From assembly GCA_050015395.1 (NCBI GenBank), contig JBEKBM010000001.1, forward strand, positions 32,001 to 96,000: a stretch of 64,000 nucleotides of DNA. The letters run 5' to 3'. The stretch comes from Candidatus Bathyarchaeia archaeon. Its GTDB lineage: Archaea > Thermoproteota > Bathyarchaeia > Bathyarchaeales > Bathycorpusculaceae. Below the pieces are notes generated by a model. It had not been told where the DNA came from. It worked only from the letters and a program-made list of their open reading frames with translations, and ran no database searches. Numbering within the stretch: position 1 is the first letter of the stretch; each line of letters starts with the position of its first letter. Of this stretch, positions 29,444 through 38,598 are shown in pieces. Position numbers and translations under genes: made by a program.

Positions 29444-29754
29444 ATGAGACTATTACTTGACGAGATAGGAAACAACAACTGCAATTTACCCTATACAATT
29501 GCGATGGCCAAAACCAGCGAACCTAACTCTGCAACAAGCCAATTCTTCATAAATCTAGTAGACAACGGTAACAACATTGTAGATAGCTCTGGCAGGAAAT
29601 TTGATTCTGCCTACAAAGTTTTCGGAACCGTTATCTCAGGACAAAGCGTTGTTGAAGCAATAGCTAATGCTCAGTGACCACAAATCCTTATACAGGCGAA
29701 GATAGTCAGCCAGTGAACTTAGTCACCGTAATTAAAGCATCAATTATATCATAA
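29444..29754 (+). pseudogene. Cyclophilin-type PPIase C-terminal remnant, frameshifted
   Basis: YTIAMAKT..PNSATSQFFINL.DN...Y.VFG.VISG..VV; frameshift near 29675 continues VTTNPYTGEDSQPVNLVTVIKASII*. Confidence 0.8.
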
Positions 29755-29763
29755 TCCAGATAA

Positions 29764-29849
29764 TCAGTGAATCCGTAAGTGGGTTAGGTTTGTGTGCTCT
29801 ACTGCCTACCAGGTAGGTGTAGTTATATACGTTTTGACGGTACATTTTG
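29764..29849 (+). repeat. Dispersed non-coding repeat B, copy 2
   Basis: Matches reverse complement of 20388-20482; TTTTGACGGTACA duplicated at its end. Confidence 0.7.
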
Positions 29850-30060
29850 ACGGTACAGTTGGGCTGGCGGTAAAGTTTGAGTGGTTTCTTGGCGTGGATT
29901 GCTCAGGCTTCTGCAGGTAAAACGCTCTTAGGCGTCGTTGAAGGCTTTCAAGCAGCCTTAAGCTGGCTTGCAACTATGCTTAGCAAGTAAAAGCGTTATA
30001 CCCAAGCAGGTGCCAGACACTTTCGGAACTAATGGATAAAAGAAAAAAATTAAAGAATGG

Positions 30061-30264
30061 CTATTTTTTCTTCTCTTCTTTCTCTTTCGGCTTCGAACCG
30101 ATTTCAACGCATAAAATATTTACCTGATAGTTTTTGTCGCCAACCTGCATTTTTCCTTGAGCATGATAGCCTCTGCTTCCAGTCTTGAAATTCTTCTCAC
30201 CGCTCAAGATGAAAGTCTGTTTTGCACCTTTAAGTTGAATTGTTGCCATATCTACGTCGCTCAT
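30061..30264 (-). CDS. Small hypothetical protein (KNFKTGSRGYHAQGK)
   Basis: ORF track; GGTGA SD. Confidence 0.65.
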   Translation of the reverse strand: MSDVDMATIQLKGAKQTFILSGEKNFKTGSRGYHAQGKMQVGDKNYQVNILCVEIGSKPKEKEEKKK

Positions 30265-30320
30265 TTCAAAGTCACCAATGAAAATTAGACAGTGCTTTGT
30301 GCCTTTTCACCTTTTCGCTT

Positions 30321-30797
30321 TCACTCTCTTCTTGAGCGGTGAAAATCTATAGCTAACATGAAAATAAAGGGCAAAGAAAGATAGAAAAACGCAAAAAACG
30401 CGTTACCAAACAGTTGAGAATATGCGTGCGGGAGGTTCGGGTCTGATAAGTTTAGACCAAAGTTTTTCACTACCCCTAAGAGGACGGAACTTATCGCGGT
30501 TAATCCTAAACTGACTAAGAATTGTATGAAAATCCTTTTGTCTCTTCCAACAATGAAGTTTGTGATGACAGAGGATAAAACAAACATCCAAGCAAAGGAA
30601 AAAAGAAAGATGCCCACGGCAATGTTAGAATTTAACCATGAAGCGATAAGCGGAGCAGAAACTTGGAAAAAAGAGATTATTGTGGTTAGGGCTGTTTTAG
30701 TAAAAATTTGGTAACTTACTATTAAAACCCAAGCTACAGCCAAGCAGACGGAAGTTACCACAATTCCCCTCGCCAAACAAGCCACCGAACCATTCAA
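30321..30797 (-). CDS. Four-TM membrane protein
   Basis: Hydrophobic segments. Confidence 0.6.
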   Translation of the reverse strand: MNGSVACLARGIVVTSVCLAVAWVLIVSYQIFTKTALTTIISFFQVSAPLIASWLNSNIAVGIFLFSFAWMFVLSSVITNFIVGRDKRIFIQFLVSLGLTAISSVLLGVVKNFGLNLSDPNLPHAYSQLFGNAFFAFFYLSLPFIFMLAIDFHRSRRE

Positions 30798-31045
30798 TCA
30801 CATAGCCGTTTTATAACATTTACCATTCAAATTAACCATTCAACCCAAGCTCTCTCCAGTTAACCCTCTTTATGCTACTTAAACTACCAAACAAAAAGCA
30901 GACCATATCTACACTATTGATGTAATTTTCAAGCAATAGTGCGCCTACCCTACCCTCTTTTTAATCCTAATTTTCATACCTAAAAAGCGTCTACTCCACC
31001 TCCCGCATATCTTTTAAAAACACTAAAACATATTCAAAGCAAAAA

Positions 31046-31090
31046 TTGGTGCGGTCGCCAAGATTCAAGCAGGAGTTACCACTAGCCAAT
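31046..31090 (-). repeat. Degenerate duplicate of tRNA-Gly 3' end (att-like)
   Basis: TTGGTGCGGTCGCC identical to 31824-31837, followed by decayed T-arm/anticodon-arm similarity. Confidence 0.75.
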
Positions 31091-31172
31091 TTTCGCTGGT
31101 CTGCTTTATCACAAAAGACATCTTGATAGTTACTGGAAATGCTTTTTAGTATGACTGCATCTAAGTACGACT

Positions 31173-31403
31173 ATGAATAAGTCGTCTCACATTCGAGTCA
31201 AACGGAAAGGGCAGGTTACTATTCCACTGGAGTTCAGGTCAAAGCTTGGCATAGAGGAGGGAGCCCTTCTGGAAATTAAAGAAGAAGAAGGCACAATTGT
31301 ACTCAAACCTACCCCTCGATTGAAGGCAGGCAAAGTTGTGGGTGAAGAAGAGTATAAAAAAATTATCCGTGAACTTGATGAAGGCCGGAGAAACTGGCGT
31401 TGA
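31173..31403 (+). CDS. vapB: AbrB/MazE-family antitoxin (VapB)
   Basis: RVKRKGQVTIP..FRSKLGIEEG...IVLKP; overlaps toxin start. Confidence 0.88.
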   Translation: MNKSSHIRVKRKGQVTIPLEFRSKLGIEEGALLEIKEEEGTIVLKPTPRLKAGKVVGEEEYKKIIRELDEGRRNWR

Positions 31404-31801
31404 CAAGCGTAGCTGATACACGTCTTCTGCTTACCCTAGAGTTTCCGCCAAACGAGGATCTTGCGGCAAAGGCAGAGGATTTTGTTGAAAAAGAAACCGC
31501 AAGGCAGCTACTTGCGCCCTCCATTGTTATAACTGAATTCATTAAATATGCCGGAGCAAGAATTGGTGAAGATGCAGCTAGGACAAGGATAAGGCTACTC
31601 AAAGAGAAGGGATTAAGAATAATACCCATAGATGAAAAAGACGCACTAACTGCAGGAAGCCTGCTTCTTGCACACCGAAACGTGCCCATTGCCGACGCCT
31701 TAATCGCTTCCTTTGTAAAAAACGGAGCAGCAGAATACGTGATTACAGATGACTTGCACTTTAAGACATTAGGTGTTAAAACTAAATGGATATACGAGTA
31801 A
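31400..31801 (+). CDS. vapC: PIN-domain toxin (VapC)
   Basis: ADT, TEF, IADALIA, ITDDLHF acidic tetrad. Confidence 0.88.
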   Translation: MTSVADTRLLLTLEFPPNEDLAAKAEDFVEKETARQLLAPSIVITEFIKYAGARIGEDAARTRIRLLKEKGLRIIPIDEKDALTAGSLLLAHRNVPIADALIASFVKNGAAEYVITDDLHFKTLGVKTKWIYE

Positions 31802-31824
31802 GCGGCAAACTGCACAAGAGGAGT

Positions 31825-31903
31825 TGGTGCGGTCGCCGGGATTTGAACCCGGGATCATTAGCTTGGAAGGCTAATGTCCTAAACCAGACTAGACGACGAC
31901 CGC
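31825..31903 (-). tRNA. tRNA-Gly(TCC)
   Basis: GCGGTCG acceptor, TTAGC-CT-TCC-AA-GCTAA, GGTTCAAATCC, encoded CCA. Confidence 0.95.
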
Positions 31904-32092
31904 GCAAGATAAGTCCATATCCTTCAGCGTAATTTAAATTTATCTGGGTTAAGGATAATTTGGTTAAAGCACACGAGTTGTTTTCAACGCCTGCTATTTT
32001 GAGAAGGCTAAGAAAATGGTGAATCTATCGTTAAAATCATGATTGTAAGATGGAATGGTATATCTTAGTCCATGTTTGGATAAACTATTGGA

Positions 32093-32386
32093 TTGAATCA
32101 GAAGATGGGTTTGGGAAAGGAAGCGCGTAAGGTTCCTAACAGCCGTATTAAAATATTAACTAAAGACGCGAAGCAAATGGTGAATGGACCGTATTATTGC
32201 CCAAAATGCCGGAAGGAATTGTTGCAGATTTTGGCGAATGTAAACAAGAAAGAAGTTTACGCCGTTTGCAAATGTGGTCTTGAATGGCAATTGACGTATG
32301 CTCCTGTTTTTCAACCTATAGATTACTATAATAAGTTTAGGGATTTGTGGAAAAAGCAAAGCTACGGCGTAATCAAGCAAAAATAG
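32093..32386 (+). CDS. Elf1-like zinc-ribbon protein (divergent)
   Basis: Basic N-terminus, YYCPKC...C.CGL...PIDYYNKF.D. Confidence 0.6.
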   Translation: MNQKMGLGKEARKVPNSRIKILTKDAKQMVNGPYYCPKCRKELLQILANVNKKEVYAVCKCGLEWQLTYAPVFQPIDYYNKFRDLWKKQSYGVIKQK

Positions 32387-32519
32387 GCTTTTGTCACTAC
32401 TTACACCATTATTTTTGAGTTCCTGTTCTGCCCAACTAGCCCTACCTGAGCAAAAACTTTACCAAAACAAATTAGCTATAAGGCGGAACCATCCGTAAAT
32501 AGAAAAAGGAGTCAAAACG

Positions 32520-32972
32520 GTGACTGAAGAAAAACTTGAATTCACTCGCCCGCTTCTTGTTTTAGGAAATCTGGGGCTTCTTGCATGGGTTTTTCTAGCG
32601 TTTTTCGGCATACTGTTTTACAATCAGATTTACGGTTGGTTATACCTGCTTTTAGAAGCCGTTGTAATCTACCTTATTCTGCGTAGGCTCGGTTGCAGCA
32701 GCTGTTACAAATGCAAAACTTGCACAAGCGGCTTTGGAAGACTCGCAGGCGCATTCTTTGGAAAAGGATACGTCAAGAAAGAAAGCGTTGGAAACAGGCT
32801 GGGGCTAATAGCTTTTATTTATTTTCTTCTTTTTCCGCTTCCAGCAACAATTCTATTTTTCTCGCTTTCGGAGGCTTTTTCATTTCTAAAATTGTTAGTG
32901 CTGGTTTGCCTTTTGGCAATAGCTGCCTACAGCTTAACTACTTGGTCCAACCGTTCAACAGTTAACCATTAA
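32520..32972 (+). CDS. Membrane protein with CxxCxxCxxC motif
   Basis: Four TM segments; CSSCYKCKTC. Confidence 0.7.
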   Translation: MTEEKLEFTRPLLVLGNLGLLAWVFLAFFGILFYNQIYGWLYLLLEAVVIYLILRRLGCSSCYKCKTCTSGFGRLAGAFFGKGYVKKESVGNRLGLIAFIYFLLFPLPATILFFSLSEAFSFLKLLVLVCLLAIAAYSLTTWSNRSTVNH

Positions 32973-33037
32973 ATTATGATTTGGGAGAAGTTTTAAACGG
33001 TTGATTGATTCATGTTACCGTCGCTGAAGATGTTTGA

Positions 33038-34090
33038 ATGAGCAGGCCGCTGCTTAGCCGTAAACCAGTCAGACTATTAATTATCTTTACGTTAGCGTTT
33101 ATTGTTTCTTTACCAATAATTCGTCCTTTGGGAGCTGTTGCTGCTCAAAGCCCCGATCAAAGCCAGTATTACAACACAGAGTTTGCATGGGATTACGGCG
33201 GGAACCATTGGGATTGGAACCTGAGTATTCCAGTGACGCTTTATGATGCCTATATAGCAGTTCCCGATTCAGTCCGAATACAGTATGGACTTGCAGACTT
33301 TGGTTTTTTCACTACAACTCAGGATAATTACATGCAAACCTTAGCTGATAAACTCAATGAAACTGCAACGCAGCTTGGATACGGCTCATGTGATGAAGTA
33401 AATTTTGTTTTAGCTTTCGTACAGAGCATACCTTACAAGATGGACAATGCTAGCATAGGGTATCAAGATTATCCAAGGTTCCCCGTTGAAACTTTAGTGG
33501 ATGATGTTGGAGACTGCAAATCCCATTCCATACTTTTTGCGACATTAATGCTCATTATGGGTTACGGTACAGTTTTCATTAACCCTCCAGACCATTTAGC
33601 GGTTGGCGTACTGGGAAATAACCTTCAAGGCACCTGTTGTACCTGCAATAACCAAACTTACTATTACTGCGAAACCACAGGGGTCGGGTTTACAATTGGC
33701 GAGCTTCCCCAGCAATTCACAGGTCAAACCGTTAATGTCTACCCGATAGATGAGAGCGAACAATATGTTCCAAATTTACAGGCAACTTCATCAACTGAAC
33801 CCAATCCAACTATCCAACCAGTTCTACCAATTTCAGTTAATTTAATCTCTGGCGAACCTATTTTATTCATACTAATTATCCTTGCAATAGTAATTTCGAT
33901 AACTATTACCGTTAAAACAGCAAGCAAATCCAAGCAAAGATCACCCCTTAACCAAACAGTTTCTCCAGAACCAAGCAGCCCCAAGGTGGCAGATGCCAAT
34001 TTAGAGATCAACAAATTCTGCATCTATTGTGGCTCAAGCAACAAATCGTTCGCTTTATACTGCGAGAAATGCGGTAAAAAAATAGCTTAA
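33038..34090 (+). CDS. Membrane-anchored transglutaminase-like protein with C-terminal zinc ribbon
   Basis: Signal peptide, FVQSIPY, PVETL...GDC, HLAVG, ETT; TM; FCIYCG...CEKCG. Confidence 0.8.
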   Translation: MSRPLLSRKPVRLLIIFTLAFIVSLPIIRPLGAVAAQSPDQSQYYNTEFAWDYGGNHWDWNLSIPVTLYDAYIAVPDSVRIQYGLADFGFFTTTQDNYMQTLADKLNETATQLGYGSCDEVNFVLAFVQSIPYKMDNASIGYQDYPRFPVETLVDDVGDCKSHSILFATLMLIMGYGTVFINPPDHLAVGVLGNNLQGTCCTCNNQTYYYCETTGVGFTIGELPQQFTGQTVNVYPIDESEQYVPNLQATSSTEPNPTIQPVLPISVNLISGEPILFILIILAIVISITITVKTASKSKQRSPLNQTVSPEPSSPKVADANLEINKFCIYCGSSNKSFALYCEKCGKKIA

Positions 34091-34100
34091 GCCGCAAATT

Positions 34101-34673
34101 CTACTTTTTAAGTGCGTTCCCAGCTGGTTCACGGCTCAACAGTGAATTGAGGGTTCCCTCTGCAAACCTGTCTATCCCAGCCTTCACATAAACGGCAATC
34201 ACAATTTCTAAAAGGATAATAACTGAAAGGAAGACGGCAAGAGCCTTTGTTAGATTCACAAAAGCTTGCCCTACTTGGAAATCCACGCTGCCATTAACGG
34301 TTGCCAGCCAACTCCAGAAACTAGGCTTCTGCGTAACCATAAATGCGTTTAAATCAAACGTTATCCACAGACATAAACCAACCAACACAGCAGCTAAGGC
34401 GCAGCCGACTATTGTGAGGTTTTTCCAGTCTGAACTCAAGCGGGAAGAGCAGGTTACTTGTGTTCCAGAATCAACTGGTGCAAAATTGATGTCTATTGTT
34501 TTCTTGGCTGTTCTTGGCGACATCCCCCATAGCGAGCCCTGCTTAACCGAAATTTGCTTTGGCGGCTCTTCCGAGATTATCTTGCAGCCTTTCTCTAAGA
34601 GAACAGCTTTCAAATCTGCATACGCTTTATCGATTCCTAAACTGACAGTTCGTTTAAGCAACCATGGCACCAC
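34101..34673 (-). CDS. Hypothetical membrane protein
   Basis: ORF track; two TM segments. Confidence 0.65.
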   Translation of the reverse strand: MVPWLLKRTVSLGIDKAYADLKAVLLEKGCKIISEEPPKQISVKQGSLWGMSPRTAKKTIDINFAPVDSGTQVTCSSRLSSDWKNLTIVGCALAAVLVGLCLWITFDLNAFMVTQKPSFWSWLATVNGSVDFQVGQAFVNLTKALAVFLSVIILLEIVIAVYVKAGIDRFAEGTLNSLLSREPAGNALKK

Positions 34674-34719
34674 TTAGACTTGAACATTTAGTTGCTACTT
34701 TGGACCTAAAAAGCTTCTT

Positions 34720-35340
34720 CTAATGCCGCGCCCTAGCCTTAAAACCTCTAATCTGCCTACGTGCCATGGCTCGCTGCCTTTCAAGATTCTTAATCCTAGC
34801 ATAAAGCTTCGAAACCTTGGTCTTAGACGGCACCTTAGACCTTGGCGCATGAACGGGCACAGGCGTGAATGACTTAGTAATTTCAAGTTTGCGCCGTCCA
34901 GACTTCTTGAATGGAACATTACGCACTTTCTTGAAGGTAACATAGCCTTCTTTGAGGTTTACTTCCTGCACTTCCCAGCCTGCATTCAACCAAGCCTTAG
35001 CGTGAGCGCTCGATGATGAGTTACTCCACCAAGCTTCATCTCTGAAAGCGCTTATTGGAAGGTTACTGCCAATTAAACCGTCTATTCTCGCAAAGGAAAG
35101 CTTTACCAACCCAGTGAAAGCAGCTCTAAACTTCAAATGACTCTCAAGCCCATCATACTTAGACGCTGACCGTGGCGAAACCACTCGCCTAGCACAATGC
35201 AAACACAACATTGCATTTGGATCGCCAGTGGCAACATCAGGCACCATACAGTCCCGGCAAAACAGTTTCTTGCAACGTTGACACTTACGCATGTAAGCTA
35301 CTCGGAGAACTCTTCCGCAGATCCCGCATTCATCTTTCAA
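34720..35340 (-). CDS. Zn-finger protein fused to a WWSN/AW..AGW (DUF7662-like) domain
   Basis: CGIC,CQRC,CRDC,CLHC; SKY..L...LSFARID..IG..LP.SA...WWSN...AWLNAGW. Confidence 0.7.
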   Translation of the reverse strand: MKDECGICGRVLRVAYMRKCQRCKKLFCRDCMVPDVATGDPNAMLCLHCARRVVSPRSASKYDGLESHLKFRAAFTGLVKLSFARIDGLIGSNLPISAFRDEAWWSNSSSSAHAKAWLNAGWEVQEVNLKEGYVTFKKVRNVPFKKSGRRKLEITKSFTPVPVHAPRSKVPSKTKVSKLYARIKNLERQRAMARRQIRGFKARARH

Positions 35341-35407
35341 CGATTCGTCAACCTTTTACTAAGCGATCTTAAAAGTCACTTTAAACATATTCCGCATTTT
35401 AGACATA

Positions 35408-36946
35408 TTAATTTTCACTTATTGCAAAACCGTTTTCACCCGAATTATTGCCTTTATGTGTTAACTGTCGTAGTGTACCCGTGATTTCTTCCCATATTAA
35501 TCTAATCAGCTCTCTCGCTTGCGCATCAATAGTCAGCAATAAGCCCACGTAAAGTGCAAAGCCCGCAACGGCTTTAGCTATTGTAAGAATCAATGTTGAT
35601 GTCGTGGGAAGTAGGAAAAGTACAACTCCCATAAAGATGGAAGCGAGAACGTATTTGGCTATGCTTTTCCAAGCAACAGGTAACCGAATTGAACGACGCC
35701 AAAACCAGTATAGTCCAATAAAGGTTGAAAGCTGAACGCCAGTAAGTATTGCTATAACGTCAACTGCCGCTTGCGGTGTTCCAGCCACCGGCAGATGCGT
35801 CAGAACGTAATACACCAAGGGTAAAGCAATTGCTGCCTGAATGTATCCAACACTGAAAACCATGAAGATTTTGCTTCCGACAAGTTTGCGAAGTGAAATT
35901 TTTCCTTCGGCGTCGAACCCTTCTCTGCCCATAATGAGTGAAGAGTAAAACGAAGTTATCACACCCACTAATGTATAAATAGTTAATGCAATGAGAACTG
36001 ACCAAGCAACACTGTAAGATACCTTTAAGACGGCTAAGAACGAGGTAGACATAACCATCGTTATGGTGGATAATGGAATCGCCAACATTAACACTGTTCT
36101 TAACGATATTCCCACTTGTTCGTCTGGGCAAGTTTTAGCCAGCAGTTTAGGATACATCGCGAATGCCAAAGAAGAAGAATAGCCCACTATTGTCGTAAAA
36201 CTTAAAGATGCTTGGTAGTAGGCTCTATCGGTTGATCCACCATAGAGGAAAAGCAAGATAAGGGCGAACGCGAGTAATTGCGCGCCAATAGCGTTATAGG
36301 CAAGTGCTGTTGAACCCTTAAGCCATTCTTTTAGGTAGCTCCAGTTTATTTTTTGCTTAAATTCGTCGGCTAAAAGTCGCACGTAATATAATATTTGAAC
36401 TAAGGCGGCAAGAACTAGGCTTAATATTGCGCCGAGGAATATCTGCCTTAAACCAAGGATCAAAACTAAAGCAACAATCACTTTCACTATTTCCTGAATC
36501 AAAAAACCATACCCAAGTGCCTGGGGCTTCATAGAAGTCAAAGCGCTTTCAAAAATTGCGATCATATAAGTGTTCAAAATATACAAGCCTGTAATCAAGT
36601 AAATTAGCAAGTAGACTTCGGTTCCAATTGCTCTTGAAATCAGAACAATTGCAGGAAGATAAATAACGACTGAAATGAGAGCTATTAACAATTGCGCTAA
36701 AGCGCCAGTTTTAACAGTTCCCTCCTTACCTCTTGCCATAAACCGAGTTGCCCAGAAAGGTAACAGGCCACTGAAAAGCAAAAAGTACCCAGTGTAATCA
36801 AAAATGTTTGTCCAAATACCAAATTGGCTTGTGGTCATGTTTCTGGTAAGCAAAAGCGTATACACAAGCCCAGTAATTATGCCTATTACTTGAGACGTAA
36901 AAATAATAAATCCGCTGTACTGAAGCCTTATTTGATTTTTACTCAA
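35408..36946 (-). CDS. Flippase/MOP-superfamily membrane protein
   Basis: About 14 TM segments; LTRNM...FGIW. Confidence 0.75.
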   Translation of the reverse strand: MSKNQIRLQYSGFIIFTSQVIGIITGLVYTLLLTRNMTTSQFGIWTNIFDYTGYFLLFSGLLPFWATRFMARGKEGTVKTGALAQLLIALISVVIYLPAIVLISRAIGTEVYLLIYLITGLYILNTYMIAIFESALTSMKPQALGYGFLIQEIVKVIVALVLILGLRQIFLGAILSLVLAALVQILYYVRLLADEFKQKINWSYLKEWLKGSTALAYNAIGAQLLAFALILLFLYGGSTDRAYYQASLSFTTIVGYSSSLAFAMYPKLLAKTCPDEQVGISLRTVLMLAIPLSTITMVMSTSFLAVLKVSYSVAWSVLIALTIYTLVGVITSFYSSLIMGREGFDAEGKISLRKLVGSKIFMVFSVGYIQAAIALPLVYYVLTHLPVAGTPQAAVDVIAILTGVQLSTFIGLYWFWRRSIRLPVAWKSIAKYVLASIFMGVVLFLLPTTSTLILTIAKAVAGFALYVGLLLTIDAQARELIRLIWEEITGTLRQLTHKGNNSGENGFAISEN

Positions 36947-37075
36947 GTGAGCTTTCCTGCTTTTATCGATTTAAGGTATAGTGCATTATTAAACTTCTAG
37001 ATATACGATTTCCCAAATCAACCTACAAAAAGCAAGATTTTACAAAAAAGAACTGAAAAAAGACGGATGGTTAAT

Positions 37076-38554
37076 TTACCCTTTTACTACTGCGAGTGGA
37101 ACAAGCCTTGCAACTTTAGTGGCAATTCCAATCTTGTCGCTGACGTCGGCAACCACATCCACATTCTTATACGCTGCGTCGGCTTCCTCAGCCAAAACAG
37201 AAATGCTTGCCGCACGAACAACAATGCCCCGCTTCTCCAAAGCCGCTTTTACGTCTCCACCCCAATACTGCCGTTTTGCCGCTGACCGGCTCATCATTCT
37301 GCCCGCGCCATGCGCGGTTGAACCAAAAGTTAAATCCATAGCTTTCTTCGAACCCACCAGAACCCATGAGCTTGTGCCCATGCTGCCTGGAATAAGCACT
37401 GGTTGCCCTTCACTACGGAAATCAGCTGGAACATCAGGGTGCCCTGCTGGAAAAGCGCGTGTTGCTCCTTTACGGTGAACCCAAACTTTCTTTTCTCCAC
37501 CATCAATCTTGTGAGTTTCTATCTTGGCAATGTTGTGCGCTACATCGTAAACGAGTTTTAAACCAAATTTTTCAGGCGGCTCATGGAAAACTTGCTGAAA
37601 ACTTTGCCTGACCCAATGCATGATTGCATGTCTATTAGAAAAAGCATAGTTAACAGCGCAAGCCATAGCTTGGAAGTAATCACCTGCTTCATTGCTGCTT
37701 CCAGGTGCACATGCTAATTCGCGGTCAGGTAACGTTATCCTATACTTTTGCACTGCATGCTCCATAACTCTCAGATAATCGGAGCAGACTTGGTGACCAT
37801 AGCCTCTTGAACCGCAATGAATCATGACTGTAACTTGGCCTTCTTGCGTAATTCCAAAAGCCTTAGCTGTCTTAGGATTATAGATTTTATCTACCTTTTG
37901 TATTTCTAAGAAGTGGTTTCCCGAACCCAAGGTGCCAATCTGAGTTAATCCTCTGCTCTTAGCCGTCGATGACACCTTATCTGGGTCTGCATTAGCCATG
38001 CAACCGCTTTCTTCACAGTGCTCAGCATCCTCAGGCCAACCAAACCCGCGTTTAATAAGCCACGGCACACCCTCAACTACCAAACGGTCTAAGTCAGCAG
38101 CGGAAACGGTTAAGTCTTTTCGTCGGCTTCCAAGCCCAGAAGGAACATTACGGAAAATGGTTTCAGCTAATGGTGCAAGTTTGGGTCGGATCTCTTTTTC
38201 TGTAAGCGTTGTTGCTAAGAGGCGGACACCACAGTTAATATCATAGCCTACGCCGCCAGGGCTGATAACGCCATTATCGTAGTCGGTTGCGGCAACGCCG
38301 CCTATGGGAAAACCGTAACCTTCATGCCCATCGGGCAATGTTACTGCATACTTGTAAATTCCGGGCAACTGCGTTACATTTGTGCATTGCCAAAGAGTCC
38401 GATCAGTCTTCATCTTTCCTAAAAGAGCTTCGTTTGCAAAAATCATACCTGGCACCCTCATGCCCGGTTTATATGTTGGGATACGCCAAGTGTACTCGTT
38501 TATTTTCTCGAGGGGAACTTCTTCTGGCGCTTTTCTGCTTTCACTTTCGCCCAA
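37076..38554 (-). CDS. rtcB: RNA ligase RtcB
   Basis: LPDGHEGYGFPIGG, GYDINCG, GSGNHF, HRKGA, HGAGR. Confidence 0.97.
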   Translation of the reverse strand: MGESESRKAPEEVPLEKINEYTWRIPTYKPGMRVPGMIFANEALLGKMKTDRTLWQCTNVTQLPGIYKYAVTLPDGHEGYGFPIGGVAATDYDNGVISPGGVGYDINCGVRLLATTLTEKEIRPKLAPLAETIFRNVPSGLGSRRKDLTVSAADLDRLVVEGVPWLIKRGFGWPEDAEHCEESGCMANADPDKVSSTAKSRGLTQIGTLGSGNHFLEIQKVDKIYNPKTAKAFGITQEGQVTVMIHCGSRGYGHQVCSDYLRVMEHAVQKYRITLPDRELACAPGSSNEAGDYFQAMACAVNYAFSNRHAIMHWVRQSFQQVFHEPPEKFGLKLVYDVAHNIAKIETHKIDGGEKKVWVHRKGATRAFPAGHPDVPADFRSEGQPVLIPGSMGTSSWVLVGSKKAMDLTFGSTAHGAGRMMSRSAAKRQYWGGDVKAALEKRGIVVRAASISVLAEEADAAYKNVDVVADVSDKIGIATKVARLVPLAVVKG

Positions 38555-38598
38555 AACTTTTCACCTTAAAAACAAAGTGGAATGATACTATAAAACGT

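Noticed and set aside
29349-29498. N-terminal extension of GH57
   Set aside because: GH57 motif starts at MTDVVF; the extension crosses the promoter and the cyclophilin remnant
29675-29677. TGA as a possible selenocysteine/readthrough codon in cyclophilin
   Set aside because: Homology continues in a different frame, so it is a frameshift
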